From the NCBI GenBank assembly GCA_043745805.1, contig JAYTSD010000044.1:1-64000 (forward strand): 64,000 nucleotides of DNA. The letters run 5' to 3'. Below the pieces are notes generated by a model. It did not search any database, was not told where the DNA came from, and saw only the letters and a list, made by a program, of their open reading frames with translations. Each line of letters opens with the position of its first letter. The first letter of the stretch is position 1. This document shows, piece by piece, positions 19,677-29,562 of this stretch. The DNA is from Fibrobacteria bacterium (GTDB lineage: Bacteria; Fibrobacterota; Fibrobacteria; UBA11236). The position numbers were made by a program, and so were the translations under genes.

Positions 19677-20504
19677 ATGAACAACTCTATTTTTCAATTC
19701 CTTAATTACCGAGAGTTTTTGCAAACTTATTATAATGAGCAAAAATCACTCAACCCTAATTTCTCCTTTCAAACAATGGCTTGGAAAGCTGGCTTTCGTT
19801 CGAAAAGTTTTTTTAAAGATGTGATGTCGGGGAAAAAGAATCTCTCCTCCGCGTCTATTTTTTCCATTGCCAAATCCATTGGGCTCGAAGGCCAAGCGTT
19901 CTCCTATTTTGAAGCACTTGTTACATTTAATCAAGCTAAGCTTATGGCTGAAAAAGACCATGCCTTTAGAACCCTTGCCCAGTATCATAAACGAGGAAAA
20001 GCTCAGATCATTACTCAGGATCAATTTGAATTTTATTCCAATTGGGTTCACAATACCATTCGCGAATTAGTCACCCTTTCGGATTTTGGAGAAGACTATT
20101 CTAAGCTGGGGAAATTACTAAAGCCTGCCATCAGTACAAGAAAAGCCAATGCCTCAGTTAAATTATTACTCCGACTTGGATTACTGAAGAAAGAAAAAAA
20201 CCGCTATTTACAAACTGACAAATCTATTACTACGGGTGATGAAGTAAAAGGGGTCGCTATTGGCAGCTTCCATAAACAAAATATGGAATTAGCATCTGAA
20301 ATTATCGACACCCTTCCCGCCGCAGAAAGAGATATTAGTTGTCTTGTCGCTGGTCTTTCACCAGCCGGATTTGCCATTGTTAAAGCTGAAATTCAAAATT
20401 TCCGAAAAAAATTAATAGAAATAATTAGGAATGATGCGCCTGCGACTCAAGTCTATCATATCAATTTTCAAATTTTTCCAACAAGTGAAAAGTCCCATGA
20501 TTAA
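19677..20504 (+). CDS. TIGR02147 (DUF4423) family protein, copy 2
   Basis: IFQFLNYREFL..YY...K..NP.FS....KAGF.SKSF...V..GKKNL; W.H..IREL; RDIS; YHINFQIFP. Confidence 0.9.
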   Translation: MNNSIFQFLNYREFLQTYYNEQKSLNPNFSFQTMAWKAGFRSKSFFKDVMSGKKNLSSASIFSIAKSIGLEGQAFSYFEALVTFNQAKLMAEKDHAFRTLAQYHKRGKAQIITQDQFEFYSNWVHNTIRELVTLSDFGEDYSKLGKLLKPAISTRKANASVKLLLRLGLLKKEKNRYLQTDKSITTGDEVKGVAIGSFHKQNMELASEIIDTLPAAERDISCLVAGLSPAGFAIVKAEIQNFRKKLIEIIRNDAPATQVYHINFQIFPTSEKSHD

Positions 20505-20799
20505 ACATACTCCTAAAAAAATTGTTGGAAACTGGAAATACCTTATCACCTTAATAATGTGCAGTCTTGGTTTTTTCATTGTGAACTGCGGTGAAATAAT
20601 TATTGCCGGAGGAACCTCAGAAGTCGGAAATCCCAATTCATCTGCTTACAGTAACAACCAAGATACCTCTTCCCAAAAAATCGAAGGTATTGAAATCAAT
20701 GCCCAAGGCATTCCTATTCGCATCATCCGAAAAAAATCGCCAACAAAGTCCGATTCAATCAGTAATCAATTGTCAATTGACTCCATAGTATTACCCTAA
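20497..20799 (+). CDS. Short lipoprotein with AGGTSEVGNP motif
   Basis: Likely ATG 20497 (MIKHTPKK), overlapping the TIGR02147 stop by 8 nt; hydrophobic stretch ending IVNC, then GEIIIAGGTSEVGNP. Confidence 0.65.
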   Translation: MIKHTPKKIVGNWKYLITLIMCSLGFFIVNCGEIIIAGGTSEVGNPNSSAYSNNQDTSSQKIEGIEINAQGIPIRIIRKKSPTKSDSISNQLSIDSIVLP

Positions 20800-20819
20800 A
20801 TAAAATTTAAGGAAAGAAC

Positions 20820-21548
20820 ATGAAAAATAATTTCGCCCTAAAATTAACGCTAACTATTGTTTCCATAGCCTTAAATGCATGGACCTCCGATTCCCATCGT
20901 TTACCTATTCGTGAAATAGATCGATCGCTTATTCTTCCAAAACATATGGGTCGCGAATCCTTAATTCAAAATTCCATTATTGACTTAAATGACGAGTCAG
21001 CAAAGAGCGATGAAACAACTGTCGGTTTTATCCCCAGTTTACCATCCTATTCTTTAACCGATAATTTACTCTGGGAGGCAATACCCGTGCCGCTTTTCCG
21101 TTATTTACTTACTCACAATAACATAAATCTCGAAAATGGATCGACGGTAAAAAATTTAAGTGTAACCTTAGATGGTGGAATGACTTCTTTTGTTATTACT
21201 CCCGAAGGCAGTACCGTGGGAAGTACACTTGGTTTCAGTGCTAAAAAGCCTTTATTAAATTGGCTTTGGAGTGAAGGAAATGTGAAATCTTTTTTTGAAA
21301 ATATGGAATTACTTTCTTTGGGATCATCATTAGGATTGGGATGGCAAATTTCTGATAAATCGTATTTAATATCAAGTTATAACTTGCAACATATTTTCCT
21401 AAAGGGAGATAGGCTATACCATGGCTTAACTCTTGAAGCGGGTGTGAATTTTAACTCCAATATCACCTTTGCATTTCATCTCTCCGAGATTTTTGGAACG
21501 AAAAAACAAATATTAAATCCTGGAGCAACACTATCTTTACAATGGTAA
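20820..21548 (+). CDS. Probable outer-membrane beta-barrel protein
   Basis: Signal peptide, amphipathic strands, C-terminal aromatic residue (GATLSLQW). Confidence 0.6.
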   Translation: MKNNFALKLTLTIVSIALNAWTSDSHRLPIREIDRSLILPKHMGRESLIQNSIIDLNDESAKSDETTVGFIPSLPSYSLTDNLLWEAIPVPLFRYLLTHNNINLENGSTVKNLSVTLDGGMTSFVITPEGSTVGSTLGFSAKKPLLNWLWSEGNVKSFFENMELLSLGSSLGLGWQISDKSYLISSYNLQHIFLKGDRLYHGLTLEAGVNFNSNITFAFHLSEIFGTKKQILNPGATLSLQW

Positions 21549-21592
21549 AGAATGCTCTTAATACCTATGTATCCAAAAAGGACATTTCTAAA

Positions 21593-22123
21593 ATGAAAAT
21601 TCGTGGATTACTATTATTTTTCCTTATGTCCCTTTTATTTGGTTGTGGGCCAAAAAAATTGATTTCTTATAAACCTGACAATAAAATTCGGGCTGATTAT
21701 TTAAACGATTCCGTACGAGTACGATTTACCATTCTGCCCTTTTGTCATCAATTCATTTTTACATACTTTTATTGGTCGGAAAAATGCAAAGAACCATATT
21801 CCATACAGGTTACGGTAACCTCAAAAGTTCAAAATAAGGATTCCAATCTTATTATTTATAAAAGTTTAAAGCTTTCCACACTAAATAGGGAATACGAATT
21901 GATAAATACTCAAGATACAGCGAGGGCCATAATGATGGAGCCTCAAGCAAATGGCACATCCATGAATAAAATGATTTTAGATCTAGGAAAAATAATAAGC
22001 AAAGAAAAAACTAAAACGTTCAAGATTACTCTTCAATATCGTTTTAATTATCAAACCGGAAATAATATAGTGGAAAAAGAATTCGAATTGTTTGAAGAAA
22101 GTCATTTCAAGTCAATATTTTAA
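21593..22123 (+). CDS. Hypothetical lipoprotein
   Basis: Likely start MKIRG at 21593 (AAGGA upstream), lipobox LFGC. Confidence 0.7.
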   Translation: MKIRGLLLFFLMSLLFGCGPKKLISYKPDNKIRADYLNDSVRVRFTILPFCHQFIFTYFYWSEKCKEPYSIQVTVTSKVQNKDSNLIIYKSLKLSTLNREYELINTQDTARAIMMEPQANGTSMNKMILDLGKIISKEKTKTFKITLQYRFNYQTGNNIVEKEFELFEESHFKSIF

Positions 22124-22256
22124 CCAGGTCATGCTTTCGCTTTTCAACCCTGTATAATATCCACTGGCCTCTAAAAAAATAAAGGGTTTTCGCCAGCCCA
22201 GAAAAGGACTAACCAAAACCCCATTAAAAACCGCTGAGGATTATGCCAGCGAATTC
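22072..22256 (+). repeat. Collapsed, diverged copy of the 26405-28200 segment (lipoprotein tail + epimerase tail + TetR tail)
   Basis: About 22072-22168 aligns with about 26405-26502; about 22172-22256 aligns with about 28117-28200 (gggttttcgccagcc..gaaaaggactaaccaaaacc..attaaaaaccgctga.gattatgcca). Confidence 0.85.
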
Positions 22257-22274
22257 TTTAAGCTTAAATAAATG

Positions 22275-25073
22275 TTACTGAATAGGGATATACTTCGGGG
22301 TATTCCTAAAATTACCCGCTCCACCTGTACCATCTCCAAATTGGTTAGATTCATTATCTCCATTGGCCCAAAGCGAACCATCGTTTTTCAGAATCATGTT
22401 GAAATAAGTTCCCGACACGACACTCTTTGCACCACTAGACATATTTGATACCGGAACTAGCGTGTTACTATTGGTAAATGTTCCATTACCTAATTCTCCA
22501 TGACTATTATTTCCACAGGCCCAAACTGAACCATCTCTATTGATAACCATGGTATGGTAACCGCCAGCTGACATGCTCTGTACTTGTGTGGCAGTTGGAA
22601 TAAAAGTAGCAGAAAGACGATTTGTATTTGTACCGTCACCAAATTGACCAAGGTCATTTTGTCCACTTCCAAAAAGATTACCAGCGGTTTGAAGAAATAA
22701 ACTGTAAAATCCTCCGGCGGCAATAGCCGTCATACCCGAATAAAGCGCGACCGGTATATTTTTATCTACCTGAGTTCCATCACTTAATTGGCCATCGGTA
22801 TTGCTTCCACAAGAGTAAACATTACCTACAGTTGTAAGAATCAAAGTATGATTCCATCCTGAGGCAATACTCTTTACCCCACTTCCCATGCCCGATACAG
22901 GCACAGGTACCGTTCTAGTAATATTAGTTCCATCTCCCAATTGGCCTTCAGCATTTCTTCCACAGGCCCACAATGAACCATCTGTTTTTAGAATGAGCGA
23001 GTGACGTCCTTTAGTACAAATACCTTGTACTCCACTACTCATGCCCGATACAAGTACTGGCACCGTTCTATTAGTGGTAGTTCCATCTCCCAATTGGCCC
23101 TCGGAATTTAAACCACAAGCCCAAAGTGATCCATCGGCCTTGAGAAATAAGCTATGATAACTTCCAGCGGCTATACTTTGTACTCCAGTACCCATACCCG
23201 TAACAGCAACTGGCATACTTTTGTCTGTAGTGGTACCGTCACCAAATTGTCCAAAGAAATTGCTTCCGAAAGCCCATACTGAACCATTTGTCTTTAGAAT
23301 CAACGTGAAATATTGTCCCGTTGAAACTTGTTTAATGTTTTGTAGCCCAATACTTTTAACTAAGTAAGCGGTTAAAGCATCAAGAGTAGATTGCTTTAAG
23401 CTTTCAAACCCGATGACCTGAGAGGCAATGGTTGTGCTGGAATTAACAATGTTTGGTCCTTGTGGTCCAATAGGTCCAGTTGAACCCACTGGACCATTTG
23501 CTCCGACCGGTCCTTGAGGGCCTGCTGCACCACTAACACCCGCTGGACCCACTGGTCCTTGTGGCCCAACCGAAATTTCCGCCATGGTTTCCCATGCATT
23601 GTTATGGTATACGTAAGATTTGTTATCGACATTATTATGATAAGCTAATCCTTCTTTAAGAGCAAGCAAAGCCGCCTGAGCCGTGGATAATGTACCCGCC
23701 CATTCGATGGCGGCACTAACTGAGGCAACCGTCAAAATGGCTTGCGCACTGGTTATGTTTCCAGCGGCATTAGTGACCACTACATCGAATTTAGCTTGAT
23801 TGTCTGCGGCAATGGTTGCGGGTGTTGTATAAGTAGCTGAGGTTGCACCGCTAATAGCCGTGCGTACGCCTCCGCCGCCGATGGGAGTTTTAAACCATTG
23901 ATAGGTGGGTGTAGGTGTGCCTGTTGCTATCACTGTGAATGTTGCCGTTGCGGGTGGAGTTACCGATTGATTTGCAGGTTGAGTGGTAATACCTGGAGCC
24001 ACATTGCTAGTAGATACCGTTAACCTAGCCGTTGTGCTGGTAACCGTTGCTACAGTGTTGGTTACCACTACGTCAAATAGGGCAAGATTATCGGCACTTG
24101 TGGTGGCTGGGGTGCTATAGGTTGAGGAGGTTGCTCCGCTGATCGCAGCACGAACACCGCCGCCGCTCGGAGTTTTGAACCATTGATAAGTGGGTGTGGG
24201 TGTGCCTGTTGCTACCACAGAAAAGGTAGCAGGATTGGGTACAATAACCGATTGGTTAACCGGTTGTGTAGTGATTACAGGAGCCACATTGCCCGTTGTA
24301 ACCGTTAAGGTAGCTTGTGCGCTGGTTATGTTGCCTGCGGTATTGCTTACCACTACATCGAATTTGGCTTGATTGTCTGTGGTAGTAGTAGCGGGTGTTG
24401 TATAAGTTGAGGAGGTTGCGCCTACAATACTTGCACGCACTCCGCCACCGCTAGGTGTTTTAAACCATTGATAAGTGGGTGCGGGTGTGCCTGTTGCTAC
24501 CACTGTGAATGTTGCTGTGGCAGGCGTGGTCACCGATTGATTTGCGGGTTGCGTGGTAATCACTGGAGCCACATTGCCTGTTGTTGCGGTTCCAAAGCAA
24601 TCTACTTCATAGACTTGCACCACACCAGTTGTGCTTTGAAAGAAATAACGCAAATTTGTCACATTAGCAATTGGGGCACTAGGCGTATATTTCGAAGGAT
24701 TAGTGGTGGAAGAGGTACTAGCCGTGGTTTGAGTGGGGCCAGTAACAAAGGTCGCTCCATTATTAGTAGAGTAGTCAAGACGCCAAGTATTAACTCCCGA
24801 GCCCGTTCCATGATCTTCAAATATTCTCGCAAAAGATATTGTGGATGGTGCAGCTAAATTAATTTGTACGGTTCCTGGTGTAGCATTTGCCATCGAGGTA
24901 CTACCGGTGGTAATGCCATCCGTCATAAGGGCTAAATTAATGCCCACCCATGCAGGGTCAGAGGCCGCAGGGCTAACAATGGTGGGCAAAATTCCCTGTA
25001 GCAAATTTATATCGGCAGACCATACGGTCGAAAGACCGAAAATCAAGAAAGCAAGAAAACGTAATTGTTTCAT
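22275..25073 (-). CDS. Secreted surface protein: discoidin-like domain, 3 Ig (I-set-like) repeats, collagen GXY stretch, RCC1 beta-propeller
   Basis: Signal peptide; three NVAP.ITTQP.NQSV...YQWFK repeats with a 285-bp period; 13 Gly-X-Y triplets; repeated DGSLWACG.N..GQLGDGT RCC1 units. Confidence 0.9.
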   Translation of the reverse strand: MKQLRFLAFLIFGLSTVWSADINLLQGILPTIVSPAASDPAWVGINLALMTDGITTGSTSMANATPGTVQINLAAPSTISFARIFEDHGTGSGVNTWRLDYSTNNGATFVTGPTQTTASTSSTTNPSKYTPSAPIANVTNLRYFFQSTTGVVQVYEVDCFGTATTGNVAPVITTQPANQSVTTPATATFTVVATGTPAPTYQWFKTPSGGGVRASIVGATSSTYTTPATTTTDNQAKFDVVVSNTAGNITSAQATLTVTTGNVAPVITTQPVNQSVIVPNPATFSVVATGTPTPTYQWFKTPSGGGVRAAISGATSSTYSTPATTSADNLALFDVVVTNTVATVTSTTARLTVSTSNVAPGITTQPANQSVTPPATATFTVIATGTPTPTYQWFKTPIGGGGVRTAISGATSATYTTPATIAADNQAKFDVVVTNAAGNITSAQAILTVASVSAAIEWAGTLSTAQAALLALKEGLAYHNNVDNKSYVYHNNAWETMAEISVGPQGPVGPAGVSGAAGPQGPVGANGPVGSTGPIGPQGPNIVNSSTTIASQVIGFESLKQSTLDALTAYLVKSIGLQNIKQVSTGQYFTLILKTNGSVWAFGSNFFGQFGDGTTTDKSMPVAVTGMGTGVQSIAAGSYHSLFLKADGSLWACGLNSEGQLGDGTTTNRTVPVLVSGMSSGVQGICTKGRHSLILKTDGSLWACGRNAEGQLGDGTNITRTVPVPVSGMGSGVKSIASGWNHTLILTTVGNVYSCGSNTDGQLSDGTQVDKNIPVALYSGMTAIAAGGFYSLFLQTAGNLFGSGQNDLGQFGDGTNTNRLSATFIPTATQVQSMSAGGYHTMVINRDGSVWACGNNSHGELGNGTFTNSNTLVPVSNMSSGAKSVVSGTYFNMILKNDGSLWANGDNESNQFGDGTGGAGNFRNTPKYIPIQ

Positions 25074-25363
25074 TCAAAAAATCCCTTCCGAGGAGTTGTG
25101 GGTAAAATGACTTTTTTCAAAGTATTCCTAGCAAATATAAATTAGATGCATGTGGGTTAGAAATTGTTTCATGGATAAGTCGAATAGTATTAAAAACGTT
25201 GTAATCCTCTCCATTGGGCTGTACTACATGGAAACAGGCTTCTTCAATAAATCCCGCCATAATGCCCAATGCAAATATTCGCGGAATATCAAATCAAAGT
25301 AGTGCACCTAGAAATACATCTGCAATTCTGATATACTGTCACTACATCCTAGGGAAAATTGTA

Positions 25364-26395
25364 ATGAACATCATTTCTAAAAAAAAACTGCCTTATCTCA
25401 TCGCCCCTGCACTTAAGCAATATCTCACGGAATATGGCCGTTATAAATACCTGCCTTGTAAATATGAAGAACTCTTTCGCTTCATGGAAATGATTCCTAT
25501 ACTCGATAAAGATGGTAACGACACCTTATGGGCCAATTGTGTTTATAGTCATTCTAATGCCGAAGAAATTTTTAAAAACCTTGTCACCATCTATGCGATT
25601 TTAAAGGGCCATATCGATCAGTCGGGAATGGATCATCTTTATATTGAGCGAGTAGATTTTTGCACTTTTGGAAATTCGAAGCCGTTCAGGGTGCGAGTCG
25701 TGAATCAATACAATGATAATCATGATCACTTTTATGTGAAAGTTGCCGACGCCTCAAGAATTTACGGACTTGAAGTGGAGGATATATTAAGTCCCAATCA
25801 AATTCATTATTTAGTGGATGGTAACACCTTAATTGAAGAACATATTGCAGGCATTCCTGGAGATATATTTCTGAAAAATAATCTGCAAAATAACCAAGTC
25901 AACAGAGTCCGACTTGCAAAAGAATTCGTCAAATTCAATGAGCGATGTTTTGTCCGATTATTAGGGGATATGCGTCCCTACAATTATGTCATCGTCGAAA
26001 CACCTGACTTCGAGGAATCTCAATACCGTGTCAGAGCGATTGATTTTGATCAACAAAGTTATGAAGGTAAAACCACAGTGTATTTATCGCAATTTTTTCA
26101 GGGTAACGCCCAAGTAGTACAACTTTGTTCCGAAATGTTAAATCCCAAAACCATTCGTCAATATCAAATGGAAGAGCGGGCCTTAATGTCACGACGATTA
26201 CGTTTTTCGGATAGCAAAATCAATAGTCTTATGGTGGCCATGCGAGGCGATGAGTTATCTCCACCCGAAAAGGTTCAAGAATTAAAAGAGGGCTTGGGAA
26301 AATTTCACAAAACCCGTCGCTTTGAAAGCTGTACAACCATGGGGGATATACTGTGGATGAATATTGAAATCCTTCTGGAAATTCAAAGGGCTTAA
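25364..26395 (+). CDS. Conserved hypothetical protein with atypical (PI3/4K- or HipA-like) kinase motifs
   Basis: Likely start MNIISKKK at 25364; TFGNS, FYVK, LLGDMRPYNY, AIDFD. Confidence 0.6.
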   Translation: MNIISKKKLPYLIAPALKQYLTEYGRYKYLPCKYEELFRFMEMIPILDKDGNDTLWANCVYSHSNAEEIFKNLVTIYAILKGHIDQSGMDHLYIERVDFCTFGNSKPFRVRVVNQYNDNHDHFYVKVADASRIYGLEVEDILSPNQIHYLVDGNTLIEEHIAGIPGDIFLKNNLQNNQVNRVRLAKEFVKFNERCFVRLLGDMRPYNYVIVETPDFEESQYRVRAIDFDQQSYEGKTTVYLSQFFQGNAQVVQLCSEMLNPKTIRQYQMEERALMSRRLRFSDSKINSLMVAMRGDELSPPEKVQELKEGLGKFHKTRRFESCTTMGDILWMNIEILLEIQRA

Positions 26396-26456
26396 TAACC
26401 TTGCGGAAAAGGAATTCGAATTATTTGAAGAAATTCATTTTCAATCCATATTTTAG

Positions 26457-27443
26457 CTAAATCATCCCTTCACTTTTCAACCAAGTATAACAATCCACTA
26501 GCATATCTTCTACAGTCACTGTTTGTAAACCCAATTCTGTTTGTGCCAATTTACCGGAATACAAACATTGACTACTCAATATATGCGCCACATCCGGTGT
26601 TAAATCCGGTGCTTTTTGTGTGAATAGGGAAATGCTTTGCGAAACCCATCCAATGGTGGACAATAAAAAAGCAGGAACAGGTTTTAGACGGGGAACACGC
26701 CCCAATAAAGTTTCAGCATGGCGAAATAGGTCTAAAAAACTCGCATCGCTCGTGGATAAAATATACCGTGCCCCATTTCGTCCCTTATCCACCGCTTCAA
26801 TATGCGCTTCTGCCACCGCTTGTGCATGGACAAATGATCCTTTGCCTTGAGGTGCTCCGCCGGTTTTGCCCTCGCGAATCATACGGAAAAGTCTTCCCCA
26901 ATTTTTTGCATCATAGCGACCTAAAATATTAGCAGGTTGAAGAATAACCGCATCGAGGCCGCGATCTAAACCTCTCTGCACTTCGGCTTCCGCGCCAGCC
27001 TTGGTACTTAGGTATGCCGTCTTGGAATGTAAACCCTCATGGGGGAAACTTTCATTTACTATTTGGCCCGGCTGGTAGCCATATACTGCTACACTAGAAG
27101 TATGAATAAGTCGGCCAACATGGCGCGCTAAGCAAGCCTCCACTAAATTGCGAGTACCTATCACATTAGCTTGATGCATAAGCTTTTTCTCGCCAGACCA
27201 AAAGGAAACTTTGGCTGCCGCATGGAAAACCGCGTCCACAGCCTCGGGAATAGCTTGGATTAAGCTCGCAGGATTTTCCACATCGCCCAGCCTCAATTCA
27301 GCCCCTAAAGCCTTGAGCCTTGATGTATCCGCGTGGGGACGATGCAGAGCAATAACCTTCCACTGACGCTTACGCAGAGATTCAACTAAATGCGATCCCA
27401 AAAATCCCGTTCCTCCGGTTACGAATGCCGTACGTTCCTGCAT
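26457..27443 (-). CDS. NAD-dependent epimerase/dehydratase (extended SDR, DFR/HpnA-like)
   Basis: VTGGTGFLG; VFHAAA; HTSS; YLSTK (YxxxK). Confidence 0.92.
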   Translation of the reverse strand: MQERTAFVTGGTGFLGSHLVESLRKRQWKVIALHRPHADTSRLKALGAELRLGDVENPASLIQAIPEAVDAVFHAAAKVSFWSGEKKLMHQANVIGTRNLVEACLARHVGRLIHTSSVAVYGYQPGQIVNESFPHEGLHSKTAYLSTKAGAEAEVQRGLDRGLDAVILQPANILGRYDAKNWGRLFRMIREGKTGGAPQGKGSFVHAQAVAEAHIEAVDKGRNGARYILSTSDASFLDLFRHAETLLGRVPRLKPVPAFLLSTIGWVSQSISLFTQKAPDLTPDVAHILSSQCLYSGKLAQTELGLQTVTVEDMLVDCYTWLKSEGMI

Positions 27444-27513
27444 TTTATCCTCCTTGTTGAACTATTTTTAATTCTCATTTTAAATCTCCTAAACAACCAA
27501 AGTGTAATAGGGC

Positions 27514-27554
27514 ATGTAAGCAATGATAACATATAATGTAAGCGATGTAAACAT
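27514..27554. promoter_or_regulatory. Tandem putative TetR operators flanking a -10 box
   Basis: ATGTAAGCAATGATAACAT (27514-27532) and ATGTAAGCGATGTAAACAT (27536-27554), each ATGT-N11-ACAT, with TATAAT at 27532-27537. Confidence 0.7.
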
Positions 27555-28234
27555 TGAATAAAGAACCTAGGACTAAAACTAAAACCTCCTCGGCTAAAAA
27601 CTCAAAAGCAAAGCCTTATCATCATGGGGACTTACGCAAAGCTTTATTGGAGGCCGCAATGATATTGTTGCAGGAATCTGGTCAAGAAAATTTGTCCCTG
27701 CGAGAAGTGGCCGTGCGGGCAGGCGTAAGCTCTGGCGCGCCTTATCGGCATTTTGAAAATAAAGAGTTTTTATTAGCCGCCTTGGCCGAGGGAGGATTTT
27801 ATCGCCTTGACGCAGCGATGAGGGAGGCCATTATTAAACATGCCCATCATCCCTTAAAACAGCTAAATGAAATAGCCCGAACTTACCTAGCAATAGCAGA
27901 AGAAAATCCACCTTTTTTCAAAGTGATGTTTGGTCCCTACGAGGTACATGATCCCATGCAAAAAGATGTCATGACTATTTGTGAAAAAGTTTTTGCGAAC
28001 CTAGTAGGAATATTTATAAAAGGAATGTATGAAGGAAGTTTTAAAAAGCTAGAACCTGAGTATACAGCGCTTTCCTATTGGGCCATGCTCCATGGATTGG
28101 CCATGTTACTCATTGATAAAAAACTAGAGGGTTTTCGCCAGCCTGGAAAAGGACTAACCAAAACCCTATTAAAAACCGCTGAAGATTATGCCAACGGATT
28201 TCTTGTCCAAGCCAAGCCGCCTGAGCGGTGGTAA
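27554..28234 (+). CDS. TetR/AcrR-family regulator (WHG-type C-terminus)
   Basis: YHHGDLRKALL; LSLREVA.RAGVS.GAPYRHF; WAMLHGLA. Confidence 0.93.
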   Translation: MNKEPRTKTKTSSAKNSKAKPYHHGDLRKALLEAAMILLQESGQENLSLREVAVRAGVSSGAPYRHFENKEFLLAALAEGGFYRLDAAMREAIIKHAHHPLKQLNEIARTYLAIAEENPPFFKVMFGPYEVHDPMQKDVMTICEKVFANLVGIFIKGMYEGSFKKLEPEYTALSYWAMLHGLAMLLIDKKLEGFRQPGKGLTKTLLKTAEDYANGFLVQAKPPERW

Positions 28235-28302
28235 CTGGATGGTAAGGCAAATTAATATCTCATTAGCATAATTACTAGTTAGAAATTACTCTTAACTCAA
28301 AC

Positions 28303-29388
28303 TCAAAATAAAATCTTTTGCACCGTCTGTTTCGAAGATCCAAACACTTCCAGTAAACACATTTTTTCGCATTGATTATTCGCATTCCATTCAAAGCCAT
28401 TAACCTCTCCAGTATAACTTTGCATCAAAGTTCCTTTAGCGTCAAAAATGCGTAAACCTTGATAAAAACCACTTTGCGTGCTCAATTGCATTTTTTGATT
28501 ATTACGGGAAACTTTTAGGAATGGTTTAACTAAAATTTCATTTTGTGAGTTAAATCGCGATTTCCTATTGATTCCCAAAGACTTTCCTTGCCCTGCCCAT
28601 TCAATGCCCCCAGCCAAATGCTCAATAATATTGGGATTGGAAAAAGAGGCAGTATCTTTTCCTGGGGCAATAAACCAAGACCTGCCGCCGTGAAAAGTAT
28701 GGCGCCAAGAAACCGGATGGCCGGCTGGGAAATTTGGGCTTTTAACGGTGAGTAGTATTTCTATAGAATCGGATTTGGGAATATATTTAATCGTATCCAA
28801 CTTGCGATTGGGTGTCCAATATTCATCGTTCCAGTTAAAGGTAGCCGGTAGGTTAATGGTACTCGGATCATTATATTTTTTCTCTACCGTTATCAATCCA
28901 TTTTCAATAAAGCGCGGTGCCGTTTCCACACATCCTACCAAATCCACAAACCAAGGCCATTCAATACTAGCAGGGTTAGCCGCACCATGTATGCCTACAA
29001 AGCCACCGCCACCTTCAATAAATTTTACGAAAGCGTCTCTTTCGGTTGTGCTCAAAATCGGTTGCGTAGCACTGCCTACATTCGTGTTATTCCATACAAT
29101 CACATCAAATTTAGCAAGTCCATCAGTAGTAAATAAAGTAGTGCCGCTGTCTACTTGAGTAGTCCAATTACGCTTTACCGCGGTTTTTATTATAGCTGCC
29201 GTCGCATTTGGCTTGGAAACATTTTTATAGCCTGTGGCCTTGGTAAAAATAAGTACGCGCAATGGGATAGCCTGTGCTTGGAAATGCGCAAATACAATTG
29301 ACGAAACCATCAAGGCTAAGCTCATCGATAAATTCGTACTGATTTTAATGGCCTCAACCATACGCTTATGAACAATCTTAAAATTCAT
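28303..29388 (-). CDS. Secreted ThuA-like domain protein with T9SS-like tail
   Basis: RVLIFTKATGY; FIEGGGGFVGIHGA; DEYW; HPVSW...GGRSWF..PG; tail IFDAKG...VQKILF. Start uncertain (track 29445). Confidence 0.8.
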   Translation of the reverse strand: MNFKIVHKRMVEAIKISTNLSMSLALMVSSIVFAHFQAQAIPLRVLIFTKATGYKNVSKPNATAAIIKTAVKRNWTTQVDSGTTLFTTDGLAKFDVIVWNNTNVGSATQPILSTTERDAFVKFIEGGGGFVGIHGAANPASIEWPWFVDLVGCVETAPRFIENGLITVEKKYNDPSTINLPATFNWNDEYWTPNRKLDTIKYIPKSDSIEILLTVKSPNFPAGHPVSWRHTFHGGRSWFIAPGKDTASFSNPNIIEHLAGGIEWAGQGKSLGINRKSRFNSQNEILVKPFLKVSRNNQKMQLSTQSGFYQGLRIFDAKGTLMQSYTGEVNGFEWNANNQCEKMCLLEVFGSSKQTVQKILF

Positions 29389-29562
29389 AAAGTCTCGCTT
29401 ATTTTTTGATTGGATAAATTGAAGTTCTTTCTTCAAAAGCGGCATGAGCCTCTTTTGCTAGCTAATCTACTCTTAGCTTTTACAATGCACCGATTGAAAT
29501 TTGGGAATTGGAAAAAAGACGAATTCAGGCTTGGGTTTTTACGGTATCGATATAATTAAATA

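Noticed and set aside
23452..23568. Collagen stretch as substrate of the prolyl hydroxylase at 8606-9211
   Set aside because: The genes are unlinked, the prolines are in the X rather than Y position, and the enzyme looks PHD-type and cytoplasmic.
25200..25340. Minus-strand peptide ...FALGIMAGFIEEA... resembling an intramembrane metalloprotease remnant, and the 50-aa N-terminal extension of ORF 25214
   Set aside because: Too short to support a family call. The extension has no conserved-looking sequence, so the start was moved to 25364.
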